Origin: Candidatus Zixiibacteriota bacterium | Lineage (GTDB): Bacteria > Zixibacteria > MSB-5A5 > UBA10806 > 4484-95 | NCBI GenBank assembly: GCA_037441845.1 | Contig: JBBIRK010000003.1 | Span: 64,001 to 128,000 of the forward strand | Length of the DNA: 64,000 nucleotides | Direction: 5' to 3' | Shown: one piece after another, positions 8,995 through 18,887 of the stretch | How positions within the stretch are numbered: the first letter of the stretch is position 1 | How the letters are laid out: each line of letters begins with the position of its first letter | Made by a program: the position numbers and the translations under genes | The notes under the pieces: generated by a model | Seen by the model: the letters and a program-made list of their open reading frames with translations, nothing else | Told to the model about the DNA's origin: nothing | Databases searched by the model: none

Positions 8995-9330
8995 GATTAA
9001 TTTCTTCGTTTGAGCAAAGCGACATCATGGATTGATAACGTATAGTTGTAAACCGGGCCGGCGACTATCGGCAAGCGGTTTCCGCCCCCCGCATCCATTC
9101 TTTTTGACCGCCGTTTCACATGGCGGATGATTTATAATGATCAATCTCGATATCTTTCGATTCGGTGATTTCCGCAAATCGTCAATATTGAATCAGTTGA
9201 TATGGATTTGAAGATTTTCTTCGGGGTCCCCAATATTTTCTTAACCGCGAACCCATATCCCCACGCGATCGGCGACGATCGACCACGTGCAGTCGCCTTC
9301 TCTTGACGTCTGTTTGCCCCTTATGGTGTT

Positions 9331-10872
9331 TTACTCTTGCGGCGGAAGCAGCGGGCAATAGTTCAAATCGGCGGCGCCCTTGAAATATTGCACAAGTCGA
9401 GTGATATCCGAACCTCGGAACTCGCAGTTGCCGTTAATATCGCCGGCAACGTAAAGGAAATTCAGCGTCGAATCCAGAAGGCAGCTGTCCGGAGGCTGGG
9501 TTCCCAACCCCTTGAAATAGCGAACGCCATAGGTGACATCGCCGCCCAACAATATGCCATCGCCGTTGATATCCCCCGGCAAATAGCGGCAGAATAGATT
9601 CTCTTGGAAACGCGCCGCTTTCAGCGTGGGATCACCCTGCAAACACATGCCATAGAACCAGACCCGGCTTTCGTTTCCGGCGCAGGTTTCCATATTTTGC
9701 TGCGCCCAGCTCAAAAACGCCTCGCCGAATGTCACTCCCAGCGAAAGCGGATCATAAAAGTCCTCGAAACAAAGCATCGAGCCGGTCTTAGTGCTGCCGA
9801 TCGAAAGAAGCCCGTATCTGCTTTCGAATATATACCAGCCGCCCATGTTGTTGAGCTCCACATACCGCGCATTGGAACAGGCGAAAAGATTATAGGAGTG
9901 AGCTTGCATCTTTTCCGTTTCGATTTCGTCGTTGTGAAACAACTGATAATTACCGCCCACGACTATATAATGGGCGAATGCGCTCGAATGGGAACAGATC
10001 AGGATGTGCTCGTACCTGAAATTGGAAAGTTCCCGCACATGATTCACATAACAAGCTTTGGTGGTCGAGTCCAGCGAAACCGCGGAATCGGCGATAGGAT
10101 AGGCGGCGGCCACGTCCCAATTCCATCCATATATGCGCCAGTCGTCATCGACGAACGAAAACGCAAGATCGTTCAGGCGCAACCGGCCGTGACGGTAATC
10201 ATGATTTTTGCGAAAATAATTCTTGATGGTATTTACTTCAGTTGCCCCGTGGTAGGTCATTCTCGATGGCACCAGGCGGCCGATCCAGATGTCGGCGGAC
10301 ATGCTGCCCCCGTGGCTGTCGTAACGTCCATCGAAATCCGCGTCGCCCCAGGTTCCGTCCAGATCCATCAAATAAAGATCGCAAGGGAATTCGACGTGAT
10401 CTCCGCCCCAGCTCTGCGGTTCGTCCATCTCGTACCAGGGAACGGCCAAATCGCCGATAAGGATAGCTCCGATTATGTTTTCCTGTATCCAGTCGTATTG
10501 AAGCAAATTGCGCAATGACGCCGCCGATTGCGTTTCCAAGACGGTGTAAAGATTCACCTGATAACCTTCGAGCTGTAAATCCAGAATATAGATATTCAAG
10601 ATCGATTCGATTTGCGGATACAGATATTGATTTACGATAATATCTATCAAGCCGGTGGTGGCCACCGTTCCGGATCTCAACAACCTAAACTCGGCGTCTG
10701 CGGCGAAATTTCGAGTGGCGCAATACTCATCGTAGGAGATCGGTTTGGTGTTGGCATCGACCCAGCGGGTCACCGGTATGCTTTGCGGATCGAACTGCCT
10801 TTGCGCCATCAGGGAATGTGGGTTTGGCCAGAGCAATATGGAATAAATAACCGTAAGCAATAACCTTTTCAT
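9331..10872 (-). CDS. secreted C25 (gingipain)-like peptidase with C-terminal dockerin-like module
   Basis: signal peptide; GAILIGDLAVPW, DIWIGRL, ICSHS (His), LFACS (Cys), QGDPTL; paired GDING Ca-binding loops at the C-terminus. Confidence 0.75.
   Translation of the reverse strand: MKRLLLTVIYSILLWPNPHSLMAQRQFDPQSIPVTRWVDANTKPISYDEYCATRNFAADAEFRLLRSGTVATTGLIDIIVNQYLYPQIESILNIYILDLQLEGYQVNLYTVLETQSAASLRNLLQYDWIQENIIGAILIGDLAVPWYEMDEPQSWGGDHVEFPCDLYLMDLDGTWGDADFDGRYDSHGGSMSADIWIGRLVPSRMTYHGATEVNTIKNYFRKNHDYRHGRLRLNDLAFSFVDDDWRIYGWNWDVAAAYPIADSAVSLDSTTKACYVNHVRELSNFRYEHILICSHSSAFAHYIVVGGNYQLFHNDEIETEKMQAHSYNLFACSNARYVELNNMGGWYIFESRYGLLSIGSTKTGSMLCFEDFYDPLSLGVTFGEAFLSWAQQNMETCAGNESRVWFYGMCLQGDPTLKAARFQENLFCRYLPGDINGDGILLGGDVTYGVRYFKGLGTQPPDSCLLDSTLNFLYVAGDINGNCEFRGSDITRLVQYFKGAADLNYCPLLPPQE
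9334..9591 (-). repeat. dockerin-like C-terminal module, copy 1 (copy 2 at 61739-61990)
   Basis: ungapped 84-aa alignment with the C-terminus of 57794-62053; 61/84 identical by manual count. Confidence 0.9.
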
Positions 10873-11075
10873 AGTTTCCTCCTAAGGGGAATGCCATGGT
10901 TAAAATATAGCTAAATATCGAGATATTTGCCAGGCAATGTTCATAATTTTTCAAAAAAGTCATTTTTGGGCGGAATATCATCCTGCAATAGGTAGGTGCA
11001 GATTTCACTTGCAATACCGGATATTATATTTATTTTTTTGGGTTTAGCCAAATCCTCTACGGGATTGGTTTAGCT

Positions 11076-12392
11076 ATGTTCGAGCAGTTGACTGATAAAA
11101 TCGGCTCCGTATTCAAAAAACTGACCGGCCGGGGTCTGCTCACCGAGCAGAACATCAAGGATGCCTCGCGTGAAATCCGTATGGCATTGCTCGAGGCCGA
11201 TGTCAATTATAAAGTCGTCCGTGAATTCGTCGCCGAGGTTGAAAAGCGGGCCATGGGGCAGGAGGTCGTAAAGTCGGTCCAGCCGGGTCAAGTTTTCGTC
11301 AAGATCGTTCACGAGGAGCTGACAAGTCTGCTTGGCAGCAGCCACTCGCCGTTGGCTATTGCACCGACTCCTCCTACGATCGTGATGCTTGTCGGGTTGC
11401 ACGGTTCGGGCAAGACCACCCTTGCCGGCAAACTGGCCCGACATTATCGGCAGAAAGGCCGACATCCATTGCTGGTTGCCGCGGATATTTACCGGCCCGC
11501 CGCCAAAAAACAATTGGAGATTTTGGCCAAGTCGATAGCTATTCCTTATTTCACCAGCGAAAGCAGCGCCGTCGATATCTGTTCGGAATCGATAAAATTC
11601 GCCTGCGAGAAACTTTACGATTTCGTGATACTCGACACCGCTGGCAGACTTCAGATAGACGACGAATTGATGAACGAGCTTGCCGCAATAAAAAGCAAAG
11701 TCAAGCCCACCGAGGTGATTTTCGTGGCCGATGCGATGACCGGTCAGGAAGCGGTCAACGTCGCCGCGAAATTCAACGAGAAAGTGGGTCTCTCGGGAGT
11801 CGTGCTGACCAAACTCGACGGTGATGCCCGCGGCGGAGCGGCGCTATCGATCAAGGCGGTGCTGCAGATTCCGATCAAGTTCGTCGGCGTGGGGGAGAAG
11901 CTGGATGCGCTCGAGGAATTTCATCCGGATAGGATGGCCTCGAGAATATTGGGCATGGGTGATATCGTTTCTTTGGTCGAAAAAGCCCAACAGGCGGTTG
12001 ACCTGGAAAAAGCCAAAAAGCTCGAACAGAAGCTCCGTAAGGCTGAGTTTACGTTCGAAGATTTTATGGATCAGATGAATCAAGTCAGGAATATGGGACC
12101 GCTCGAGTCGCTTCTGGAAATGATTCCGGGTATCGGCGGGCAGCTGAAAGGAATGAAAATCGACGAGCGCGCCATGTCGCGGATAGAAGCCATCATAAAT
12201 TCGATGACGCTCGAGGAAAGGCGTAATCCGTCTATTATCGACGGCTCGCGCCGGAAACGGATCGCCCGCGGCAGTGGAACCTCGGTCCAAGACGTCAACG
12301 CTTTGATGAAGCAGTTCGCCCAGATGCAAAAGATGCTAAAACAATTTTCGAAAGCGGGCGCAAGAAGCTTTTTAAAAGGTTTTCCGATATAG
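11076..12392 (+). CDS. ffh: signal recognition particle protein Ffh
   Basis: ALLEADV, GLHGSGKTT, DTAGR, TKLDGDARGGAALS, Met-rich M domain. Confidence 0.98.
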   Translation: MFEQLTDKIGSVFKKLTGRGLLTEQNIKDASREIRMALLEADVNYKVVREFVAEVEKRAMGQEVVKSVQPGQVFVKIVHEELTSLLGSSHSPLAIAPTPPTIVMLVGLHGSGKTTLAGKLARHYRQKGRHPLLVAADIYRPAAKKQLEILAKSIAIPYFTSESSAVDICSESIKFACEKLYDFVILDTAGRLQIDDELMNELAAIKSKVKPTEVIFVADAMTGQEAVNVAAKFNEKVGLSGVVLTKLDGDARGGAALSIKAVLQIPIKFVGVGEKLDALEEFHPDRMASRILGMGDIVSLVEKAQQAVDLEKAKKLEQKLRKAEFTFEDFMDQMNQVRNMGPLESLLEMIPGIGGQLKGMKIDERAMSRIEAIINSMTLEERRNPSIIDGSRRKRIARGSGTSVQDVNALMKQFAQMQKMLKQFSKAGARSFLKGFPI

Positions 12393-12420
12393 TTTACAGC
12401 CGAATCGTTCAGGAGGTCAA

Positions 12421-12768
12421 GTGCTGACAATCAGATTAAGGAGAATGGGGGCCAAAAAAAGGCCGTTTTACCGTATCGTCGCGATCGAATCCAAGAAAGC
12501 CCGCGAGGGCAGGTTCGTAGAGATGCTCGGATATTACCACCCGATTTACAAGCCGGCCAGGGTCGAACTGATGGAGGATAAAATTTTTCATTGGCTCGAC
12601 TGCGGAGCGGAACTTTCGGAGACGGTGGCCAGTATCTTCAAGCAGGTCGGGTTGACGAAAAAATACCAGCTGATGAAAAAAGGCGAGGACGTTTCAGAAA
12701 TGAAATTGAGCGGAACTCTTCAGGAGAAACCCAAAAAGAAAAAGAAAAAAGTTGCGAAAGCCGAATAG
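12421..12768 (+). CDS. rpsP: 30S ribosomal protein S16
   Basis: IRLRRMGAKKRPFYRIVA...REGRFVE.LGYY.P. Confidence 0.97.
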   Translation: MLTIRLRRMGAKKRPFYRIVAIESKKAREGRFVEMLGYYHPIYKPARVELMEDKIFHWLDCGAELSETVASIFKQVGLTKKYQLMKKGEDVSEMKLSGTLQEKPKKKKKKVAKAE

Positions 12769-12810
12769 CGATTGCTAATCTGATTCCACCTACAGTCAAA
12801 GGAGGCTCAC

Positions 12811-13041
12811 GTGAAGGAATTCATCGAGTACATCGCCAGAGCTCTGGTTGATCATCCGGATAATGTCGATGTTTCCGAGGTAGAGGGTGAAAAGACCACT
12901 GTTTACGAATTGCGAGTGGCAGCTGAGGACCTCGGCAAGGTTATCGGCCGCAAAGGACAGACTGCCAAAGCCATCAGAACGTTGATTGCCGCGGTTTCTG
13001 CCAAGAAAGGCAAACGGGCCTTACTGGAGATTCTCGAATAA
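12811..13041 (+). CDS. khpA: KH-domain RNA-binding protein KhpA
   Basis: [19 protein letters not shown]; conserved position after rpsP. Confidence 0.95.
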   Translation: MKEFIEYIARALVDHPDNVDVSEVEGEKTTVYELRVAAEDLGKVIGRKGQTAKAIRTLIAAVSAKKGKRALLEILE

Positions 13042-13042
13042 C

Positions 13043-13570
13043 TTGATCCTTGATGATAACGCCCTGGTCGCCCTGGGGCTGATAGTTAAGCCCCGGGGCC
13101 TGGCAGGGGAAATACTCGTGATCCCGCACCAACCTTCCAGTCGGAGTTTCCGAGCCGGTTTAGATATTACGATAAGATTCGAAAATAATGAGACCGCATA
13201 TCATATAGAAAAAAGCCGTCAATCAGGAAAATATATAAGTATGAAATTACGGGGTATCGATGACCGAACGGCGGCCGCAAAATTGGTCGGTGGACAGGTA
13301 TTATGCGCCCAAAAGCTGCTGGCGGCCAAAAACAAAGATGAATACTATGTGTTCGAATTGATCGGACTGAAACTTATCGATAGATATGGAACCGAACTGG
13401 GGATAGTCAAAGACCATCTTTCCCTGCCGACGAACGACTTGCTGGTGGTCGAGGCAGGCAAGGAGGAGTTATTGTTGCCTCTCATCAAGGATATCGTGCG
13501 AGAGATAAGTTTGCAGGAAGGCTTTATCAAAATCGATTCTATAGACCGAATAATGCCCGATGAGGATTGA
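13043..13570 (+). CDS. rimM: ribosome maturation factor RimM
   Basis: TTG start after khpA; IVKPRGLAGE, DEYYVFELIG, PRC-barrel C-terminus; synteny. Confidence 0.9.
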   Translation: MILDDNALVALGLIVKPRGLAGEILVIPHQPSSRSFRAGLDITIRFENNETAYHIEKSRQSGKYISMKLRGIDDRTAAAKLVGGQVLCAQKLLAAKNKDEYYVFELIGLKLIDRYGTELGIVKDHLSLPTNDLLVVEAGKEELLLPLIKDIVREISLQEGFIKIDSIDRIMPDED

Positions 13571-14297
13571 CGTTTTGACCATATTCCCGGAAATTATTAC
13601 CGGAACTTTTCGGCACAGTTTGATTGGGAAAGCGGTGGCCTCCGGGCTGATAAATATACAAGCCCACGATATCCGAGCCTACGCCGCGGATAAACATCGC
13701 ACGGTCGATGATACGCCATACGGCGGAGGGCCGGGTATGGTGATGATGGTGGAGCCGCTTTATCGCGCCATAAAAGCGATCGACCCGGAAAATCGATCCC
13801 GCAAATTGATTATGGATGCCTCGGGTTGGCCGTTTACTCAAACTACCGCCAAAGAGTTGATGCTCGAAGAATGGCTGATGATAATCTGTGGACATTATAA
13901 AGGAATCGATGAAAGAATCAAGCGGCTTTTCGATATGACCGAAATCTCGATTGGGGATTACGTGCTCAGCGGCGGCGAAATTCCGGCCATGGTGGTAATA
14001 GATTCGGTTTGCAGGCTGATTCCTGGGGTAATCAAAGAAGTTGACTCGGCGATGACGGATTCGTATTTTAATTGTTTGTTGGGTTGGCCGGAATACACGC
14101 GTCCGCGCGAATTCCAGGGTATGGTTGTTCCGGAAATTTTGCTGTCGGGCGACCATGAAAAGATAAGGAAATGGCGGCTCGGTCAATCGCTTAAGAGAAC
14201 CAAGGAAAGGCGCCCTGATTTACTGGAAACCGCCCGGCAGGATTGGGAAATAGGCGAAATTCTCGACTCGGAGGATAAAAATGCTGAAAATGATTGA
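13560..14297 (+). CDS. trmD: tRNA (guanine37-N1)-methyltransferase
   Basis: [39 protein letters not shown]. Confidence 0.97.
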   Translation: MRIDVLTIFPEIITGTFRHSLIGKAVASGLINIQAHDIRAYAADKHRTVDDTPYGGGPGMVMMVEPLYRAIKAIDPENRSRKLIMDASGWPFTQTTAKELMLEEWLMIICGHYKGIDERIKRLFDMTEISIGDYVLSGGEIPAMVVIDSVCRLIPGVIKEVDSAMTDSYFNCLLGWPEYTRPREFQGMVVPEILLSGDHEKIRKWRLGQSLKRTKERRPDLLETARQDWEIGEILDSEDKNAEND

Positions 14298-14628
14298 ACA
14301 AAAATATCTGAGGACCGATATCCCGGATTTTCGACCCGGAGACAATATCAAGGTTTACGTGAAAATCAAGGAAGGCGATAAAGAGAGAATCCAGGTATTC
14401 CAGGGTGATGTCGTCGCCTTGAAAGGAAAGGGTATCAACGGCACTTTCACCGTGCGCAAGTTGTCCTCGGGAATCGGAGTCGAAAGGATTTTCCCGCTGC
14501 ATTCGCCCAATATCACCAAAATCCAAAAAGTAAAAGAAGGCAAGGTTAGACGCTCGAAACTTTATTACCTGCGGGATCGCCAAGGAAAACAGGCGCGGAT
14601 CGACGTCAAGGCAAAAGAATCGAAATAA
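14281..14628 (+). CDS. rplS: 50S ribosomal protein L19
   Basis: [33 protein letters not shown]. Confidence 0.97.
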   Translation: MLKMIEQKYLRTDIPDFRPGDNIKVYVKIKEGDKERIQVFQGDVVALKGKGINGTFTVRKLSSGIGVERIFPLHSPNITKIQKVKEGKVRRSKLYYLRDRQGKQARIDVKAKESK

Positions 14629-14652
14629 CTTTCCCGCTTTTCGGGAGGGGAT

Positions 14653-15234
14653 TTGGGCCATCTTCTTATATGCGGTGTCGATGAAGCCGGCCGGGGGCCA
14701 CTTGCCGGGCCGGTGGTTGCCGCAGCCGCCTTGTTCGAGGGCGACCCTGAAATCGACGGACTGGCGGATTCGAAGACTCTTTCCGCTGCGAGCAGATTGA
14801 GATTGGCGCCCGTTATTTCCGATCGGGCGGTTTCTTTCGCGATAGTCTGTGTCGCTCATAATGTCATAGACAAAATTAACATTCTGCAGGCATCGCTTTT
14901 GGCGATGAAAAAAGCAATAGAATGCCTGACGAAAAATCCGGATATGATATTTATCGATGGTAATCATGAAATCCCGGGGTTGGCGATAAAGCAACGGGCG
15001 GTTGTCGACGGCGACAAAATAATTCCCCATATCTCCGCGGCATCGATTTTAGCCAAAGTCGCCCGCGACATCCTGATGATAAAACAGGCGGAGCTGTATC
15101 CCGAATATGAATTCGAAAAGCACAAGGGGTATCCCACCCGCCGGCACCTAGAGATATTGAAAAAAATAGGACCTTGCCCGATTCACCGATTCAGCTTCCG
15201 GCCGATATCATCACCGGAAGGATTAATCGGATAA
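14653..15234 (+). CDS. rnhB: ribonuclease HII
   Basis: GVDEAGRGPLAGPV, DSK.L, SAASILAKV.RD, HKGYPT..H. Confidence 0.97.
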   Translation: MGHLLICGVDEAGRGPLAGPVVAAAALFEGDPEIDGLADSKTLSAASRLRLAPVISDRAVSFAIVCVAHNVIDKINILQASLLAMKKAIECLTKNPDMIFIDGNHEIPGLAIKQRAVVDGDKIIPHISAASILAKVARDILMIKQAELYPEYEFEKHKGYPTRRHLEILKKIGPCPIHRFSFRPISSPEGLIG

Positions 15235-15236
15235 GG

Positions 15237-15767
15237 ATGCTGGATTCTAACCCCGTAACGGCGATTCTGCTTTTGCTCGGGTTGGGTTTGCTCGACCACC
15301 CCCTTACGAAACTATCACGCCGGGCTTATTTCAAATATATGTATCGTTATATCGAATTCGAATCGATATACCCGACAAGCGAGAAATCCTCGATCTGGAG
15401 AAGAATCGCCAGCCTGCTGGTCCTGTCGTTTTTTTTATTGGTAATCTGGAAAGTCCGCGAACTGACCGGTTCGGAGTCGGTGGGGATACTTTATCGATGG
15501 CTGGTCGGCTTTTCGCTCGGGACTTACCTGTTGATCGATCTTCGACACTTGGAAAGCCTTCTCTTGAACCGGCTGTATGCTTATACCGAGGACATAAGCG
15601 GCAAATTGTCTTATCGGGCTTCCTTTTCGATGAAGATATCGGCGGTTCACTTTTTTTCGACGTTTTTGATTCTGGCCGCGGTGCTGGTAATTCAGCCGGA
15701 CATTTCGATTCTCGGAATCGCCTGCGCCGCCATATTTCTCGCCCTCCGAAACCTGCTGCTTGCCTGA
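15237..15767 (+). CDS. hypothetical membrane protein
   Basis: ATG 2 nt after the rnhB stop; several hydrophobic segments. Confidence 0.7.
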   Translation: MLDSNPVTAILLLLGLGLLDHPLTKLSRRAYFKYMYRYIEFESIYPTSEKSSIWRRIASLLVLSFFLLVIWKVRELTGSESVGILYRWLVGFSLGTYLLIDLRHLESLLLNRLYAYTEDISGKLSYRASFSMKISAVHFFSTFLILAAVLVIQPDISILGIACAAIFLALRNLLLA

Positions 15768-15835
15768 TTTGACTTTCGAGGATAAATCAGTGGAATTAGG
15801 GTTATTCCGAGCCCATCCCCACGATGATGTTCGAC

Positions 15836-15861
15836 AAAAAAAGGCGGCTGTAAACCGCCTT
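15836..15861 (-). terminator. putative terminator between convergent genes
   Basis: AAGGCGG/CCGCCTT stem with an A-run on its left (U-tail on the minus strand). Confidence 0.55.
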
Positions 15862-15933
15862 GTGCTATTTTGGTCGCCGCGATCGGCCGACTGATGACCT
15901 CAGCCGCTCCGACGACTTGAAGGTGATTTTAAT

Positions 15934-16293
15934 CTACTTGCCGTATTCTTTCATTTTTGCTTTCAGCGCGGGATCATCCGCCCATTGCCGCATCAGCATT
16001 TCCGGAACCCCCTCTATCGCGATTAATTTCTGCAAGGTTTTTTCCCGAGTCTGATTCTGTCGCGCGATGATATCCGTAAACTCCGATACCCACGCCGTAT
16101 CCTCCGCCAGTCTTGCCATCAGCCCGTTTCTGACTGCCTGGTCGTCCATCATCTTATCCATCAACTGGCTTTTCATCTGAGGATTCCTCATAATCTGTTC
16201 GATAGCCGCTTCTTTGCTGCACGATATGAAAGTCAGAAACAGCAGCGCTATCGGCAAAAGGATTTTCGACTTTCCGCTCACCGGTTCCTCCAT
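15934..16293 (-). CDS. Met-rich hypothetical lipoprotein
   Basis: hydrophobic signal with FIS-C lipobox-like motif; helical Met-rich body. Confidence 0.7.
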   Translation of the reverse strand: MEEPVSGKSKILLPIALLFLTFISCSKEAAIEQIMRNPQMKSQLMDKMMDDQAVRNGLMARLAEDTAWVSEFTDIIARQNQTREKTLQKLIAIEGVPEMLMRQWADDPALKAKMKEYGK

Positions 16294-16392
16294 TTCCAGA
16301 ATTTTTTGAATTGATAACCTTGCTTATCGTTTCTGTCAAGGCAAAATTAAAAAAAGCTTGACCGGAATCGACCATATATACGAAAATGAAAC

Positions 16393-16839
16393 ATGACCCT
16401 GTCCGATAAAGCAATAGCGGCCGATCGATTCGAGCAGTTTCTCAGACGAAATGGCCTGAAATTCACCGCTGAAAGAGACGCTATTTTCAGGGAGGTAATG
16501 TCCGCCGAGGGTCTTTTCGAGGCCGAAGACTTGCTGGCGATTTTGAAAAAAAAGGGAATAAAGAGTTCCCGGGCGACCGTTTACAGAGTTCTTGAGTTAC
16601 TTTGCCGGGCGGAGATTCTGCGCAAAGTATGTTTGGGTGAAGCACATCTTCACTATCAGAAAAACAGCGATCAGCCCGGATCGCAAAGGATGATCTGCCT
16701 CAAATGCGGGGATATTCGTGAATTCCAAGCAGCAGGGCTTGAACAGATGCACCGCGATCTTTGTCAACAACACGATTTCACCATGACCGATTATTGTTTT
16801 CAGTTGTTTGGGTATTGCCGTAAGTGCGCAGGGGATTGA
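16393..16839 (+). CDS. Fur-family transcriptional regulator (metal-site His residues degenerate)
   Basis: GLKFT.ER, SRATVYR.L.LL, CLKC and CRKC. Confidence 0.9.
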   Translation: MTLSDKAIAADRFEQFLRRNGLKFTAERDAIFREVMSAEGLFEAEDLLAILKKKGIKSSRATVYRVLELLCRAEILRKVCLGEAHLHYQKNSDQPGSQRMICLKCGDIREFQAAGLEQMHRDLCQQHDFTMTDYCFQLFGYCRKCAGD

Positions 16840-16840
16840 A

Positions 16841-17272
16841 ATGAACGGCGAAAAAAAACTGTTCGTCGAGTATCTCAAGAAGAAGGGACTCAAGACCACC
16901 CGGCAAAGGATGAATATTCTAGACTCGTTTCTTGAGGAAAACGGGCATGTTTCCGCTTTCGAACTTTATGAATCGTTGAAGAAAAAATATCCGGACATAG
17001 GATTTTCCACGGTATATCGCACCCTCAAATTATTTACCGAGTGCGGCCTTGCCAATGAGGTCAATTTCGGCGAGGGGCAGTCACGTTTCGAGAAGGCTTA
17101 CAAGCGTGAATATCACGGCCATCTGATCTGCCAAACCTGTGGCGACACTCATGAATTCTCCGCGGAATCGCTGCAGAATCTCCAGGAGAGGATTTTGACG
17201 AAACACGGCTATAAACCGCTCGGATTCAAATTCGAAATTTACGGGATTTGCCGTAAATGCCAGAAAAAGTAA
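16841..17272 (+). CDS. fur: Fur-family transcriptional regulator
   Basis: GLK.T.QR, HVSA.EL, STVYRTLKL, HGHLICQTCG, GIC..C. Confidence 0.93.
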   Translation: MNGEKKLFVEYLKKKGLKTTRQRMNILDSFLEENGHVSAFELYESLKKKYPDIGFSTVYRTLKLFTECGLANEVNFGEGQSRFEKAYKREYHGHLICQTCGDTHEFSAESLQNLQERILTKHGYKPLGFKFEIYGICRKCQKK

Positions 17273-17567
17273 TCCTCGAATTACAGCGAAATTGAGATAG
17301 GGTTGTAACCTTAACCCATCCATTATACTACCGGTCGAAGCATACCCGCGTCTGTTTTGTTTTTTCGCTGCTTTTTTGCGATAGTCTTTTCCGCGCCTTG
17401 ATCAGTTTTGCCAAAGCCTCAGTATCGACGACTCGTAGCCATCTTTTATTGCCGTGCACCAAGAGGGAATAAATTCGAGAGGGAATAGGTTTCGAATTTT
17501 ATCGCAATATCATGAAGCGTTGGAACTTATAGGAATGAATTGAATTGCGGGATAAACGATCGAATCG

Positions 17568-18806
17568 TCAAATGCGGCTGGGCTCTTTCAACCGGGTTAC
17601 ATATAAAAGAGAAATTATCAAGCAGCCAAGGGTTATAGCGAACATCGCCGCCAGGCCGAACAGCTCGATGACGACGCCGCCTGCTATCGAAACGAGCGCA
17701 GCCGGAGCAATCAAAGTGTGGACCAATCCTATAGAGAGCGGCCTATCACGGTCGTCGGAGACTTCCAGCAAATAATTAAGAAATCCCATGCCCGAACCCG
17801 ACGCCGCCGCGCCGTTGAAAAAGAAGGCAAGGCCGAAAATGAAATATCCCGGATTCGCAAAAAGCGAAACGATCGCCACCACCGGGGCGACCAGCAGACA
17901 AAAAGTGCCCCATTTCATCAGTTGCTTGTTGGAGATGTAATTCGACAGCCAGGCCCATAGAAAATTCAAACCCAGGTATCCGACCATTTCGAACGACAGA
18001 TACGTAGCCGCCATCGCTTTGGAAATGCCCAGCCTTTCGGTGGCGACGATTACGTAAAAAGGCATGGCCATCAAGTAGAAAAAAGACAATATCCGCGAAA
18101 TCACTAGTTTTCTGATATTCGCATCGCTTCTATATATGGCAAGTCCAGCCCGAATGTTATTCATGATACCGCCGTAGGGTCGCTCCTGTACAAGCGGATA
18201 CTCTTTGGCGAAAGAAAAGGAAACCAGCCCAAGCGTGATACAAACGAATGCCATGCCGAAAAGCCTCCCGAAATCGACCGGGAAATCGTAAGTGTCTATT
18301 ATCTCTTTCGCCAACGGGCCAACAGCTATCGCCAGCAGCCCGCCGAAAAACATCCGCAGCCCGAAGAACGTGCCCCGCTTATTTATCGGAATAGTCCTGC
18401 CCACGATTTCCATAAAAGGCACTCCGGCGATTCCTCCGGATAGCGAATATGTCGTGAACAGGACACCGAACCCGATCAACAGCAAAAACGGCTCGTCCGC
18501 CCCCACGAACAACGTCAGGGCGACGATGCCTCCGAAACAGATCATCCTGAGAACCGCCATACGATTATACAACCAGAGCGTTTTCGCCCGGCCGCTTACG
18601 ATCGCTCCCGAGAGAAGTTGCGGGAAATACCAGCCGAACGACTCGATCGTGGCGAAGAAGCCGATTAGAATCTTGGAGTCGGTCAATCCTGAAATAAAAA
18701 GGGGTATGAGCGTTCCGGAATGGATAAAGGCTCCCGCGAGATTGAACAAAATGCCGTTGATCACCCCGAGGACCATATTCCGGCGGCAGTAATTTTCGTC
18801 GGTCAT
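17568..18806 (-). CDS. MFS transporter
   Basis: about 12 TM helices, 412 aa, two-domain MFS organisation. Confidence 0.85.
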   Translation of the reverse strand: MTDENYCRRNMVLGVINGILFNLAGAFIHSGTLIPLFISGLTDSKILIGFFATIESFGWYFPQLLSGAIVSGRAKTLWLYNRMAVLRMICFGGIVALTLFVGADEPFLLLIGFGVLFTTYSLSGGIAGVPFMEIVGRTIPINKRGTFFGLRMFFGGLLAIAVGPLAKEIIDTYDFPVDFGRLFGMAFVCITLGLVSFSFAKEYPLVQERPYGGIMNNIRAGLAIYRSDANIRKLVISRILSFFYLMAMPFYVIVATERLGISKAMAATYLSFEMVGYLGLNFLWAWLSNYISNKQLMKWGTFCLLVAPVVAIVSLFANPGYFIFGLAFFFNGAAASGSGMGFLNYLLEVSDDRDRPLSIGLVHTLIAPAALVSIAGGVVIELFGLAAMFAITLGCLIISLLYVTRLKEPSRI

Positions 18807-18887
18807 AATTGGCGCAATCTATCCATGACCGAACCCGTGTCAAGTAAAAGATTGACCGTCTTTCCGACGCGGATATATATTGATCTC

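Noticed and set aside
9240..9325. GGGCAAAC on the minus strand resembling a c-di-GMP-I riboswitch start
   Set aside because: Downstream GAAA/GACGCAAAGC elements are absent, and it lies 3' of a gene rather than in a leader
10873..11075. SRP RNA (ffs) near ffh
   Set aside because: No CAGG...GGAA...AGCAG domain IV motif seen
17326..17462. Possible basic small ORF of about 45 aa on the minus strand
   Set aside because: Only TTG/GTG starts, no clear RBS, no recognisable family
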